64,000 bases of DNA from an uncultured virus (IMG/VR IMGVR_UViG_3300025849_000012) (IMGVR_UViG_3300025849_000012); one strand, 5' to 3'; shown: positions 19,898-30,615, counted from the stretch's first letter. The notes: generated by a model not told the origin, from the sequence alone. Numbers and translations: made by a program.

Positions 19898-20316
19898 AAC
19901 ACACCCTCAATAAATGGATTATCATATTCTTTTACAAACACACCATCCTCTATAAGCATAGCATATCGTTTACATCTGATGCCCATATAATCACCAAAGT
20001 CTACATCTTTATTAATACTTTTACTAAATACAGCAAGAGGATCGGCAACGGCATCAATATCTGGGTGACCGTGCAGAACATTCCATTCATGCATAACACT
20101 AGGATCATTAACTCCAATAAACACGACCTTTGGACCAATGTTATCCATATTCTTTGCAAACCCAGGTAAGTGTCTGTTAGTGCAACCCGGCGTAAACGCT
20201 CCTGGAACACCACATAATATTACTTTACCTTGAGGTATTTCGTACGGTACATAATCGTTATCTTTTAGTATGTACAATCCATTGTTGTTTATTTGCATTA
20301 TAGCTCCTTTAATCAT
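19894..20316 (-). CDS. Peroxiredoxin (Prx5/redoxin family)
   Basis: PGAFTPGCT..HLPG, VNDP.VM, RCKRYAM. Confidence 0.9.
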   Translation of the reverse strand: MIKGAIMQINNNGLYILKDNDYVPYEIPQGKVILCGVPGAFTPGCTNRHLPGFAKNMDNIGPKVVFIGVNDPSVMHEWNVLHGHPDIDAVADPLAVFSKSINKDVDFGDYMGIRCKRYAMLIEDGVFVKEYDNPFIEGVL

Positions 20317-20378
20317 ATATAAATTCTGACGATTTATTTTTCTTCTTCTTTTTAAATTTACTCAGAAATAATTTTATT

Positions 20379-21167
20379 TTAAATATTAGAATTTTCATTA
20401 ATCCAGTTACCTATTAATTTGTGTCCTATATCGTTAGGATGATGATCTAAATTACTTATTTTATATTTTGTATCTGATAACAATTCTTCGGCACATGTAC
20501 CTCCAATATCATTAAAAAATGGCCATCCTATCAAATCAATTTCTTTGTTGTCAATTTTCGTAAACCATTTATTGTTCAAAAGCGTAGAAATAAATTTATG
20601 TGTTGTTTCTTTTCTATCTACTATAGGAAAAAGCATTTGAAAAATATGTAATTTGATATTATTTAGATTGCATAGTTGATGGATTTTAAATATAGAAAAT
20701 AATGTTTGTTCTACAGAATACTCTATTACATTATTATGTATTACTGACCAATCATATTCTTTACAATAACCGACATTAAATTTATAGTTAGTATCATAGT
20801 ACTTACTATCAATTAACCATTTCATATACGGATTTTGTCTAAACTCGGCTTCCATCTCAGGTGTACTAAAATTATATGCCCAGTCTGGATTTACAACATT
20901 GTGTGGTAACGCAAATCTATACCAATTTGTCAGTCCTATTATGATTCTGTCTATTTTTTTCGGCGTATTATAAATTTGTTTGATCGCAGCATTAATCATT
21001 GAAACATTGTCTGCTCCGCTTTTGCCAACATTAATTATAGTACCTTTACTAATATATTCTGGCCATTTTTGATAATTTGAAATATGATCCGGATCGGTCT
21101 GGCTTTTGTAATTGGAATCTGTAAAACTATCCCCGCTTACAATAATGCACTCGTTATTTATTTCCAT
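20379..21167 (-). CDS. SGNH hydrolase/acyltransferase-like protein
   Basis: GDSFT, G.SGADN, DHHPN..GH. Confidence 0.7.
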   Translation of the reverse strand: MEINNECIIVSGDSFTDSNYKSQTDPDHISNYQKWPEYISKGTIINVGKSGADNVSMINAAIKQIYNTPKKIDRIIIGLTNWYRFALPHNVVNPDWAYNFSTPEMEAEFRQNPYMKWLIDSKYYDTNYKFNVGYCKEYDWSVIHNNVIEYSVEQTLFSIFKIHQLCNLNNIKLHIFQMLFPIVDRKETTHKFISTLLNNKWFTKIDNKEIDLIGWPFFNDIGGTCAEELLSDTKYKISNLDHHPNDIGHKLIGNWINENSNI

Positions 21168-21742
21168 TTATCATTCCAATTATTATATTCATTTTTAAAA
21201 TAATCTTTATTATCTGATTTATATAGTAGATAGTTGTTTATTTTATCAGAAAACTCTTTAAAGTGCTCTTGGTTATCTGGAACAATATGCTTCCAACCAT
21301 ATGTAGATACATCTGTATATACAACATTTGCACCAAGTTTTTTAAATATATCTTTAGTCTGTTCCATATGTCTGCCACCACCTTCTTTTCCACTCGGAGT
21401 AAAGGTGAGAAGTATAACATGTTTATCAGTCCAAGGGTATCCTTTACCATGATCTAAATTCATATTTGATATTACAACAGCCCAGTCTAATAAATTCTTT
21501 GTGCTTGAACTCATCATTCCAGTAAACTCTGGTATTGCAAATACAAACTTATCAAACTTATTCATCATATCAAATACAGCGGTTACATCTTTAGGTATAT
21601 CTGCATCCATACCATTTACATTTACTACAGGTATATCATAATCAGCCAAACAATCTATTCTATCAAACTTACAACTCAATAGTTTTAACCCTCTGTAATT
21701 AAGGCTGTTTGGAGCTTGTGATGTACTAAGTGCTAATATCAT
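21158..21742 (-). CDS. NADPH-dependent FMN reductase
   Basis: S..PNSLN, PEFTG..S...KNLLDW, GG. Confidence 0.85.
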   Translation of the reverse strand: MILALSTSQAPNSLNYRGLKLLSCKFDRIDCLADYDIPVVNVNGMDADIPKDVTAVFDMMNKFDKFVFAIPEFTGMMSSSTKNLLDWAVVISNMNLDHGKGYPWTDKHVILLTFTPSGKEGGGRHMEQTKDIFKKLGANVVYTDVSTYGWKHIVPDNQEHFKEFSDKINNYLLYKSDNKDYFKNEYNNWNDKWK

Positions 21743-22962
21743 AACGTGACATCCACTACTAATCTGCGACCAGCAAATATTTCTAAATCAAGTTTATGTT
21801 CTTTAAATTCTTTGTACGTGTTTTTATATTGTTCCATATCATCTGATATTCTATTTAAAATTAATTCTGCTTTCCAATGACGCTGCCAAGACATAGGTTC
21901 CTGAATAATTGCATTAGGGCTTTTGTATATTTCATTCGTAATTTTATCAAAAAATTCAAAATGATCGTCAGGTCTGTATAGTAATACACCGCTCCATATA
22001 ACTTGGTCAACATTAAAATCAACTAAGAATGTTTCTAAATCATTCCAACTCTCATGCCTAAATTCTATATTATCGTAGTCTTTCCATTTTTCTGTTGCTA
22101 TGTCAATAGGTTCTTTACTTGTATCAAATCCCATATATTTAAAATCAGTATAACCTTTTGAATGTAATATATTTAATACTGGTCCATGTCTGCAGCCAAC
22201 GTCAACAATACCTTTACATTGTTTTTCTATAATAATATTTGCTTGAGTTTCAAATAACTCATATGCCTCCGGTGTGTCGAGGTATGACATATCGCTAAAT
22301 TCATAATCTTCTTTTAAAGGAACCTTTTGACCATTCTCTATTTTTGTTTTAATTTCTGGCCAAGGTACGTTATGTACAACTTTTTCATTTAACCAATTTA
22401 ATCCTTCAACTTCTTTATGGTCGACATAACAGTTTAATGACCTTCGTGATATATTATTTGGATCGTTTAATACCTGACCGCCATGTAAGTCTTTATCATT
22501 ATTAAAGAATATTATATCGCCAGGACCATATATAACACTTAACCATTCTTTGCTTTCGCTATCCTGAATATCAATTCTAAAATCATTTTCCAAAGCAACC
22601 ACGACAGTAAGCGGAGGTTTGCCTATTTCGTCTGCGGTTGTTTCAAATACATGACTGTCAAAATCACTTATACCTGTATGTTTAGCTGCTTTATACGTGT
22701 CACGATGCTGAGAAAGAGTTGTCGTCAAACATCTCCAATCCCATAAGAAATAATAATCCTTTATTTTAAATCCAAGACTACGTTCAATAGCTTCTTTTAA
22801 ATGAGGAGGCATGTCACCTTCTAATATGTCGTGGTGATATGTACCATTTGCAGTAGGAAACTCTTTGTGGAATTTATAATTTTCGAGCGGATACCTTTCG
22901 TCAAGTTCTCGTACAAACTCTTTCCAATCATAATCTAATTTAAATTTTCTAATAACGTTCAT
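21739..22962 (-). CDS. 2OG-Fe(II) oxygenase fused to a class I SAM methyltransferase
   Basis: N-half HRD...LHGG...RRSLN; C-half VDVGC, GFD, SGVL. Confidence 0.7.
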   Translation of the reverse strand: MNVIRKFKLDYDWKEFVRELDERYPLENYKFHKEFPTANGTYHHDILEGDMPPHLKEAIERSLGFKIKDYYFLWDWRCLTTTLSQHRDTYKAAKHTGISDFDSHVFETTADEIGKPPLTVVVALENDFRIDIQDSESKEWLSVIYGPGDIIFFNNDKDLHGGQVLNDPNNISRRSLNCYVDHKEVEGLNWLNEKVVHNVPWPEIKTKIENGQKVPLKEDYEFSDMSYLDTPEAYELFETQANIIIEKQCKGIVDVGCRHGPVLNILHSKGYTDFKYMGFDTSKEPIDIATEKWKDYDNIEFRHESWNDLETFLVDFNVDQVIWSGVLLYRPDDHFEFFDKITNEIYKSPNAIIQEPMSWQRHWKAELILNRISDDMEQYKNTYKEFKEHKLDLEIFAGRRLVVDVTL

Positions 22963-23777
22963 ATTACGTCTTTAAATAAAGGAGTTAAACATATACGTGC
23001 AACATCACCACCACGTCTTCGCCTTATATAATATTTGTCTTTAGTAGTTGCTAAATAGAAAACATCAGATGGAGTTAAATCGTATTCTTTACAAACGTCT
23101 AATTGCATTTTTCTATATTTGTTAAACATACTATCTACAGAAAAATTATTCATTATTAATTGCATGGTTTTTACACCGCCATAATTCCAATTCTCATATT
23201 CTTTTAATCTATGTAATGTAGGGTGTGGCTCTTTAGTATATACCAAACCTAACCTTTGACCAATTAAACCAAAACCTTTTGAAAAAGAAAAGAATACTTG
23301 TTCTGTGTTTTCAGGTACGTTAATAGTTTTTATAGCGGTTGAACTAACATATGTACAATCAAGGATAACTGGTGACTTAGCATGGGAATAAATTATGTTT
23401 CCTGTTTCTGCTGCAGGATTTGAAAGATATAATGGCTGATTTAAAACCTTTGTACCTTTACCTCCAACCATATTTGCATATTCATAATCGCCTTCAAGTA
23501 TTTGCCATACCCTGTCTTCTGTGAGTGACCAGTGATGTATAGCATCTGTTACGCCATGTACATAATAACAATATGTAAAATCTGATAGGTCAACCATAGA
23601 GCTTACCCAGTGCCTATGTGTAGCCTCAACATGATTTAATTCTCTGGTTGCTTCGCCCGAACCTCTACTAAAATATGTATCAGATACTTTCTGAGTCTGT
23701 AATAACTTTTCTACAGATTGAAAACGTGGTACATTTACATATGGTAAATTTCTTAGTTCAGATTTTTGAGTAGTCAC
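22959..23777 (-). CDS. PLP-dependent aminotransferase-like enzyme (fold I)
   Basis: SNP..TG, LDCTY, FSFSKGFGLIGQRLG. Confidence 0.75.
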   Translation of the reverse strand: MTTQKSELRNLPYVNVPRFQSVEKLLQTQKVSDTYFSRGSGEATRELNHVEATHRHWVSSMVDLSDFTYCYYVHGVTDAIHHWSLTEDRVWQILEGDYEYANMVGGKGTKVLNQPLYLSNPAAETGNIIYSHAKSPVILDCTYVSSTAIKTINVPENTEQVFFSFSKGFGLIGQRLGLVYTKEPHPTLHRLKEYENWNYGGVKTMQLIMNNFSVDSMFNKYRKMQLDVCKEYDLTPSDVFYLATTKDKYYIRRRRGGDVARICLTPLFKDVI

Positions 23778-24528
23778 CGGCAGCTCTCCATAACATACGG
23801 TCTCCCATCACAGGTGTTCGTCTGTGTAAGGAAGTCAATTGGTCCATTAAAATCATATCACCTTTTTGAAATATGTGGTGTGTTTGATATTTACTTTTAA
23901 ATATAATAGGTTTTAGTCTTTCAATAAGTTCATTATGATCTATGCGAGTTTTACCAAGCCATGCTTTACATATAAAATGATATGGAAAGTAAAAGTAATA
24001 CTTATCTGTATGAGGATGTCTACCAACTAATGGTCGAATAGAACCTTTGTTTTTACTCATAAACTCAAGTTCTGGATCGTCATCATCTAATTTGTACATT
24101 GTATTGTTTTTAAATTTAAGACGTATTCTTACATTTAGAAAATATTCCTGATCCTCTTCAGATAAATCGTAAAAAGGATCTGATGTATTGCATATAGATA
24201 ATGTAGTATTAGGATCACCCTCTACGCAATAAAGACTGATTAATATTTTATCTATTAAATGTCTGCTATTTCCATTAGAGTGCCAACCTAATTCACCACC
24301 ACCAAACATACCAATTTTTTGCCCTGACTCATCTCTTTTATCAGTAACATAAAATAACTCTGGTACTTTTTTGGAATTCATAAACAGTTCATGTCGTTCT
24401 AATTCACCAAACATGTTCATATAATCAATATATGATTGCTCTGTAAACTCTTGTTCGTAAAATATTTTATGACCCTTTACTTGTACTTCACGTGCAATAG
24501 GCCACATTTCTGATTTATCGTAGGTCAT
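23758..24528 (-). CDS. TauD/TfdA-family dioxygenase
   Basis: GWHSNG, PLV.RHP.T, GDMILMDQ..SLHRR, R.LWR. Confidence 0.8.
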   Translation of the reverse strand: MTYDKSEMWPIAREVQVKGHKIFYEQEFTEQSYIDYMNMFGELERHELFMNSKKVPELFYVTDKRDESGQKIGMFGGGELGWHSNGNSRHLIDKILISLYCVEGDPNTTLSICNTSDPFYDLSEEDQEYFLNVRIRLKFKNNTMYKLDDDDPELEFMSKNKGSIRPLVGRHPHTDKYYFYFPYHFICKAWLGKTRIDHNELIERLKPIIFKSKYQTHHIFQKGDMILMDQLTSLHRRTPVMGDRMLWRAAGDYSKI

Positions 24529-25163
24529 TTGTAAAATCCAAATTTATCGAAGTTTTCTAAATCGTCTGTACCATCTAAGCTAAACATTAAAGCAATGCGT
24601 GGTTTATCACTCATATTAATAACTGCATGAGGATAACCTATATTTAAAAAATATGCTTTACCACAGGTTAAATTATATGCTTCTAGTTTACCATCACGTT
24701 TAAATAAGTTAACTGTATTGTTATCTCCATATATTGGAACAATACATCTTACTGCATATGATACATCATAGTCTACATGAAACGGTATTATTTTACCGGA
24801 CGCCAATTTAGTAATACGAATACGAGACGCTGGCGCTTTACATTGTGTAACTATTTGTTCAAAATAACTGTCTCTGTAATCATCAGTTGGTACATTATAT
24901 AAGTGTTCTTCTCTTCGTCGTAATCGTTCTTTAATGCTTGTAGTATGAGGCAGTATTTCTGATGGTGTCGTAAGATTGATTTGCTCAAAGTTATCGTAAA
25001 CATCTTTCACTAAATCTTCGTGGTTCATACATAAACCTGGGTTTGCTGTTCGTACATCAATAAACTTATCTTCACCATGTAACTTATCACAATTCTTGCG
25101 TAATTTATCTAGGTCAATATTAACGTTTAATTCCATTATGGATGGTAATTGATTTTTTTTCAT
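24525..25163 (-). CDS. Asp/Asn beta-hydroxylase-like 2OG-Fe(II) oxygenase
   Basis: RIR, HVD, PHAVIN...PRIAL. Confidence 0.75.
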   Translation of the reverse strand: MKKNQLPSIMELNVNIDLDKLRKNCDKLHGEDKFIDVRTANPGLCMNHEDLVKDVYDNFEQINLTTPSEILPHTTSIKERLRRREEHLYNVPTDDYRDSYFEQIVTQCKAPASRIRITKLASGKIIPFHVDYDVSYAVRCIVPIYGDNNTVNLFKRDGKLEAYNLTCGKAYFLNIGYPHAVINMSDKPRIALMFSLDGTDDLENFDKFGFYK

Positions 25164-25799
25164 TTACTTTCCTTTAACAAATAATCGCTCAGCAATCCAT
25201 CCGGCTGAGTCCCACTTATGTAATCTAACTTGTTTCCAATTAAGATGATGTTGTCTATGATAACCTTCACCTGCAATAAAGAGATTTAGCCAAGCAACAT
25301 CACTACCACCTTCTTCATTATGACCAACTGTATTTAATAAACCAAATCCTACCTTTGCAAATATGAATGGTATCACACAGAAAGCAAGCCAAAAATATGG
25401 ACTTATTATAAATGATACTATGTTTGTAATGATAAGAATTTTTAACCAATGATGGTGACAAAATACTAACATAGGGTTATTAAACAAGTCACGAGAATAT
25501 TTTGGAGATATATTTTTTATATCCCATGTTGTAAATAAAACTTTCCAATAACCTACATGTTTCCAAGAGTGTGGATCTTTTTCGCTATCAGAATGATTGT
25601 GATGCATTCTATGAGAAGCGATCCAACCAATTGGAGTTCTGATACAAGCTATCATCAACATTCCAAGACCTATGGCTTCAAACCACCTAGGTACCTCAAA
25701 TTGTTTATGACAATAATACCTATGCAATAATATAGAAGCCCCAAAATGCGATATGATTTGAGACCATATTAATCCAACTATTATTGATGTTACAATCAT
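25164..25799 (-). CDS. Membrane fatty-acid desaturase (delta-9-like)
   Basis: Three His boxes HRYYCH, HRMHH and GEGYHRQHH; TM helices. Confidence 0.9.
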   Translation of the reverse strand: MIVTSIIVGLIWSQIISHFGASILLHRYYCHKQFEVPRWFEAIGLGMLMIACIRTPIGWIASHRMHHNHSDSEKDPHSWKHVGYWKVLFTTWDIKNISPKYSRDLFNNPMLVFCHHHWLKILIITNIVSFIISPYFWLAFCVIPFIFAKVGFGLLNTVGHNEEGGSDVAWLNLFIAGEGYHRQHHLNWKQVRLHKWDSAGWIAERLFVKGK

Positions 25800-25824
25800 T
25801 TATATTCCTTAACTGATATGATAT

Positions 25825-27534
25825 TTATATCAATCCAAAGTTTTTAGAAATCATGTGAACCATAACCGTGTTATTTGAATTTATTCTTGCTTTAAGCTTA
25901 TGTTTACTTATATCGTGTTCTTTTGTACCCTCTGTATATGCTTCAATCTTTTCGCTCATATGTTTAAGGTGCCAAGTTTCACTCAACCTATCAACAACAA
26001 CATTATTCATTTTTACCTTATATGACATAATGGTTTCGTTGTCGTACCCAAATGATTTTTGCACTTGTGGTGGATATATGGAGTCTTCCTTTAGTTCTTT
26101 CATCATACCTAAAACATAATCAATATCAGAAAAATAATCTAATTGTTTCATAACTTTTCTGCTTGCCATCATAATACCAGTATTAAAAACGTAATTTTCT
26201 GGTTCCATATCCTCTTCAGTTAACATAGCATGGCAATTCCAATACTTTGCTTCTGGCGATCTAAAATCTCTTTTATAGTTTTGAAAATAAAATGAATCCC
26301 AAACCTTTACGCCTGAATCTATGGCAGAAGATGTATCACACGCTAAGCAATGTTCTCCTTTAATATAATCAAATACATTAACATCAAAATTATTAAACCA
26401 AACGTCAAAATCTACATATAATACTAAATCATATTTCCATGTCATTTCTTCTAAAAGATAAACTTTATACAGATTAATTATATCATATACTGATAGGTCA
26501 GGAAACCTACTACTAAATTCAAGCCATTGGCTGTCATTACCAAAATGAATATAAGTCGCGTCTTGTTTCTTTGCGTATTCAATATGGTTATTATATAATT
26601 TGTCTTTATATTTGCCTAATCTTTCTTTGGTTCGTTTACTCTTATTGACAGGATCGTCCTTTGGTCCTCTTGGATTATCTAAGTGTTCGTCAGGTATTTC
26701 AATGTAAATAGAATATATCAGTTTAGTTTTATCCTTAAAGAATATATTAAACTTTTTACTTATGATGTGAGCAATTTCAATCTCATTCCAATCCAACGTC
26801 TGCGGCGTTTCTTTAATTATTTTATGCCATCTCTCGTCCATAATTTCATATGAAATATTTTGACTCTCCATAATATATGAAAATACGCTTTCGTTATTTG
26901 GATAATAATACATTCTTAAAAATTTATATTCATCGTCTTTTATGCCGTCAATTCGCATATCTTCTATTCTTTTGATAATGTCCGGCAACCGTTCAATAAA
27001 TTTAATTTGATTAATATGCTCAGACTTAGCAATCATAATGCCTGTATTCATTACGTGGTTATCTTTACCATTTAATAAATCTTTTGTTATATGGTATTTA
27101 AGGGTAGGCGAACGGTTTCCGATGTTTTCAAACATAACACCTTCAATGTCTTTGCTTGTAACTTCGTGAGTCTGTACTTGAATATGAATACCTTTGTTTA
27201 AATCTAATTCGTCAAACACATTCTTTTCTGTATTAAATATAACATCCATATCAATATACATTACTTCATCATATTCTTTAGCCAACTCTGCCATGATATG
27301 ATGTTTGTATATATTGGCCTTTGTAAATTCTAATTCAGTATCAACATCAAAGTCTTTCATGGTGTTATAATAAAACTTAAACTCAACATTGATTAGACTG
27401 TTAGCATACTCTTCTTTGTTTGAAATTAACCTATCAAAATATTCATTGATAGACTCAGTGGCATAATAGTTCGCTCCCCACTGGTCGTTCTCTTTTTTTA
27501 TATCGTCATATGTTGTAAATATAATTCTTTTCAT
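25825..27534 (-). CDS. Two-domain GT-A glycosyltransferase
   Basis: Internal duplication: YIDMD/YVDFD, NTGIM twice, NES/NET, H.ISK twice. Confidence 0.7.
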   Translation of the reverse strand: MKRIIFTTYDDIKKENDQWGANYYATESINEYFDRLISNKEEYANSLINVEFKFYYNTMKDFDVDTELEFTKANIYKHHIMAELAKEYDEVMYIDMDVIFNTEKNVFDELDLNKGIHIQVQTHEVTSKDIEGVMFENIGNRSPTLKYHITKDLLNGKDNHVMNTGIMIAKSEHINQIKFIERLPDIIKRIEDMRIDGIKDDEYKFLRMYYYPNNESVFSYIMESQNISYEIMDERWHKIIKETPQTLDWNEIEIAHIISKKFNIFFKDKTKLIYSIYIEIPDEHLDNPRGPKDDPVNKSKRTKERLGKYKDKLYNNHIEYAKKQDATYIHFGNDSQWLEFSSRFPDLSVYDIINLYKVYLLEEMTWKYDLVLYVDFDVWFNNFDVNVFDYIKGEHCLACDTSSAIDSGVKVWDSFYFQNYKRDFRSPEAKYWNCHAMLTEEDMEPENYVFNTGIMMASRKVMKQLDYFSDIDYVLGMMKELKEDSIYPPQVQKSFGYDNETIMSYKVKMNNVVVDRLSETWHLKHMSEKIEAYTEGTKEHDISKHKLKARINSNNTVMVHMISKNFGLI

Positions 27535-28178
27535 AAACCTATTACCATATATCGAGTACATTCATCATTTACTTGCATTTCACCTTTCCACAGAACCACG
27601 GCTAAGTTTAGCGACTCAACGAATGAGTCTATGCTAACGTGTGTATTAATATGGCTTTGAACAGAATGGTAATTATTACTTTGAAAACAAATCATCGTAT
27701 CTTTTGGTTTTGCGCCAACGATTAAACGAATATCTTCTGGCTCCATGTGTTCACAGCTTGTATTAATAATAAGTTGATAGTTTTCAGATCTAGTAAAGAA
27801 ATAGTCTAATGCATCGTCAGTAATAGAATAATTATGCTTATAATCATTATTGTTACTTTGAAGCTCTTTACTATATTTTTTACATAATGGATCTGAATCA
27901 ACGTTCCAAATTTTAATATCGTTATCAATTTTCTGTCTAAGCAGCATACCATTTAATCCATACCAACTGCCAAGAATAATAATATCTTTTAAGTCTTCAC
28001 TAAGGAATGGCACTAAAGTATCAACTAGCCATTGCTTACCTTTTAATTGGGTTTCATTAAGAGAATTAATAACATCAAAACTTCTATATAAGTCTACGTC
28101 TTTATTATATTTGGATTCAATATAAATGTCACCAATTGTTTTTAGCGCGTTTTCATAAATGATTTCTAGGTAACTCAT
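27531..28178 (-). CDS. Class I SAM-dependent methyltransferase-like protein
   Basis: LGSWYG, VDSD, INTSCEHM, QSNNY, RYMVIG. Confidence 0.7.
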   Translation of the reverse strand: MSYLEIIYENALKTIGDIYIESKYNKDVDLYRSFDVINSLNETQLKGKQWLVDTLVPFLSEDLKDIIILGSWYGLNGMLLRQKIDNDIKIWNVDSDPLCKKYSKELQSNNNDYKHNYSITDDALDYFFTRSENYQLIINTSCEHMEPEDIRLIVGAKPKDTMICFQSNNYHSVQSHINTHVSIDSFVESLNLAVVLWKGEMQVNDECTRYMVIGL

Positions 28179-28761
28179 ATTTCATTCCATTATACATATC
28201 AATTGGTGCATTTCTGTATTCATTAGCAACACTGTTTACTAAACCGTGCTCAAACGTATTAAACTTTAATCCTTCATGGACTAAAAATCTATCTATGCCT
28301 TCGTACTTACGCATGAAATAATCTTTATTTGATAAAAAATGATCCCATATGTGAGTCTGTTCACCCGCGGTCCATGTGATTACTGAACTGTTTATATGTA
28401 CATCATAGGCATGCGCGGCCATGTACAAATCGTCTTTCCAATAATCTTTAAGTATTGTTAATCCGTCCCATTTTAAAAATGTCGATGGATCTTCTTTAAT
28501 ATCCATATCTAAATCAAAAAATAAACACTTACCTTCTACAGGAAAGTCTGCACTAAACATTGCAAGTTTATTCCACCAAAATCTGAGTGTTGGTTTTTTA
28601 AAACATGGAATTTTTTCAATCTCAACCCCGGTTGGATCTTCTGTATAACACAGGTATTGAGCCTTAGGGTAATATTCTCTAAGCTGATCTCTTAATCTAT
28701 TGACATGTTCGGCAGTATACTTATCGCCGTGTTTTACGAATATTATATTGTCTGGATTCAT
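28153..28761 (-). CDS. GT-A glycosyltransferase (GT8-like)
   Basis: K.GDKY...VNRL, WWNKL, FFDLD, NSSV. Confidence 0.7.
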   Translation of the reverse strand: MNPDNIIFVKHGDKYTAEHVNRLRDQLREYYPKAQYLCYTEDPTGVEIEKIPCFKKPTLRFWWNKLAMFSADFPVEGKCLFFDLDMDIKEDPSTFLKWDGLTILKDYWKDDLYMAAHAYDVHINSSVITWTAGEQTHIWDHFLSNKDYFMRKYEGIDRFLVHEGLKFNTFEHGLVNSVANEYRNAPIDMYNGMKYELPRNHL

Positions 28762-28793
28762 TATTCACTCTTTCATTATAAACATAAATGTAT

Positions 28794-29330
28794 TTATAAT
28801 AGGCTATGATAAATCGCCATACCAGATGTAATACTTTTTGATTTACGAATAGAAGATTTTAAATCCCTATCAGCGGCCTTAACAATATCTTGTTCTAACG
28901 CCCAAAGTTTAAATCTAAATAATTCTTCTTTGTTTTCGTTATTGTCTCGGATAAAGTCGTATATTACGTGGTCTACTTTGTTTTCATCTTGCTTTGCATC
29001 TTGGTCTAAACTTGCGCTTGATTTTTCAAGGTTCTTTTTACGTTCAATCATAATACGCATTCCGAGCATTTCTTCTGCTAAACTTTGAGCTTGGGCATTA
29101 ACTAATTCACCAAATTCTCTTGCATGCACTCTTTTGTATTCGGAAGTTCCTTCAACAAGCTTTTCTTCAGTATAACCTTCGGCAACCAACGCATTGTAAT
29201 CTGCATTGTCATTTGCTTCAATCATATATTTGATTAGTTCATCGTTAGAATTTTTATATACAACTTCAATTAAACTGTATTCTTCATTCATATAATAAGC
29301 TGTCTGAACAGCTCCACTAAATTCTGCCAT
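28794..29330 (-). CDS. Hypothetical protein
   Basis: ORF with RBS. Confidence 0.6.
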   Translation of the reverse strand: MAEFSGAVQTAYYMNEEYSLIEVVYKNSNDELIKYMIEANDNADYNALVAEGYTEEKLVEGTSEYKRVHAREFGELVNAQAQSLAEEMLGMRIMIERKKNLEKSSASLDQDAKQDENKVDHVIYDFIRDNNENKEELFRFKLWALEQDIVKAADRDLKSSIRKSKSITSGMAIYHSLL

Positions 29331-29342
29331 AATATATTTTCC

Positions 29343-30344
29343 TTAAGGTGTGTTAGTTATTACACTTTTCAATGTGTGAGAAGAGACTGTAGTTGGAGTA
29401 CCATTTGGAAACTCCTGTGTTCGATAATCAGATGTACTTATAAATCTTTGTGTATATCCAGCTGCTGATGAACCAGATAATCTTGTATCAGCCATCACAG
29501 AACCCATCGTGTTACCAGAACCATTTATATTGTATCTTAAAACCGCGTTATGCAATGGGTCACCGGTTCCTGCTACTGCAGCGTATTGTATCATTGGTCC
29601 AAATATATCGTCAAACATAGATAAAGACATTTCTCTTATATCGCTATTTGCGTAACTCCAATATACTGGCATAAAGCTAGGCGTGTTGGCTGCAGGGGTA
29701 ACTTTATGTAGATAATAGTTATTAATTGTTGTAGGTTGGTCCTGAGTTTCACCAATACCGCCCGCAGTATACGCGGCAGCATTTGCTCTTGTGTCAATGA
29801 ATACTGGTGTTGATGATACTAATGTTGAGCCTGAAACACTATTTGACGAAGATATATGATACATACCACCCGAGTTGGCATCTACTGTTCCGTTACCAAT
29901 AATTGCCATTGCTGGTGCAATAAAGAATTCCCAACAATCAGCCAAGTCCATAGACTGAAGATCGCCAGCAGTTGGAGTCATAAGCAATGGAAACCTATGC
30001 AAGTCTGTATCAGTAGGTAATGTTGGTGTAGATGTTATTACTTGGTCTATTCTTGAGTATGTACCACCAGTAATTGATGATATATTAGGCGTATTGCCTG
30101 AAGTAGCAAATCCACCTTGTGCTGCAGTGGTAGATGTACTCGTACCAGCTTGCATTCTTGTATCAGTAATTGAACCTAGGTTTCCGCCAGAACTAACCAC
30201 GTCTAACCGAACCGTAGTATTTAAAGAATACAAATAAGCAATTCTTCGTAATATCTGACCTTCATACGGGTCAAAGGCTGGGTTTGGCATATCAAGGCCA
30301 ACGCCAGCCCCAGTTAAATCACCTTGTAATAACCAACCGGCCAT
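29343..30344 (-). CDS. Putative virion structural (tail/baseplate-associated) protein
   Basis: G/S/T-rich with repeated DTR motifs; under late promoter 30564-30571. Confidence 0.5.
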   Translation of the reverse strand: MAGWLLQGDLTGAGVGLDMPNPAFDPYEGQILRRIAYLYSLNTTVRLDVVSSGGNLGSITDTRMQAGTSTSTTAAQGGFATSGNTPNISSITGGTYSRIDQVITSTPTLPTDTDLHRFPLLMTPTAGDLQSMDLADCWEFFIAPAMAIIGNGTVDANSGGMYHISSSNSVSGSTLVSSTPVFIDTRANAAAYTAGGIGETQDQPTTINNYYLHKVTPAANTPSFMPVYWSYANSDIREMSLSMFDDIFGPMIQYAAVAGTGDPLHNAVLRYNINGSGNTMGSVMADTRLSGSSAAGYTQRFISTSDYRTQEFPNGTPTTVSSHTLKSVITNTP

Positions 30345-30532
30345 TACGCTGGCAGTCCGTAAATTCTAAAAGTTTCATTACCTGCTGAGTCACGTATAAT
30401 AAGCTTGTGGTCAACAGCTTTAATAAAATCAGTAATTGTTGTTTGGGTAACTGTATCCATGGTTGCAATCTCTTTTAGCTCTAGTGCGTTAGTGATTACT
30501 TCCGTTGTATTTACTTTAATGGCCATGTTCAT
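30344..30532 (-). CDS. Small putative structural protein
   Basis: AGGAG RBS; late promoter upstream. Confidence 0.55.
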   Translation of the reverse strand: MNMAIKVNTTEVITNALELKEIATMDTVTQTTITDFIKAVDHKLIIRDSAGNETFRIYGLPA

Positions 30533-30615
30533 CTCCTTTGCTAATTTGACTAGGCATTATGATTATTTATAATAAATAAAAGTATTGAAGTCTTTGTAAT
30601 GTACATATTAATTTA

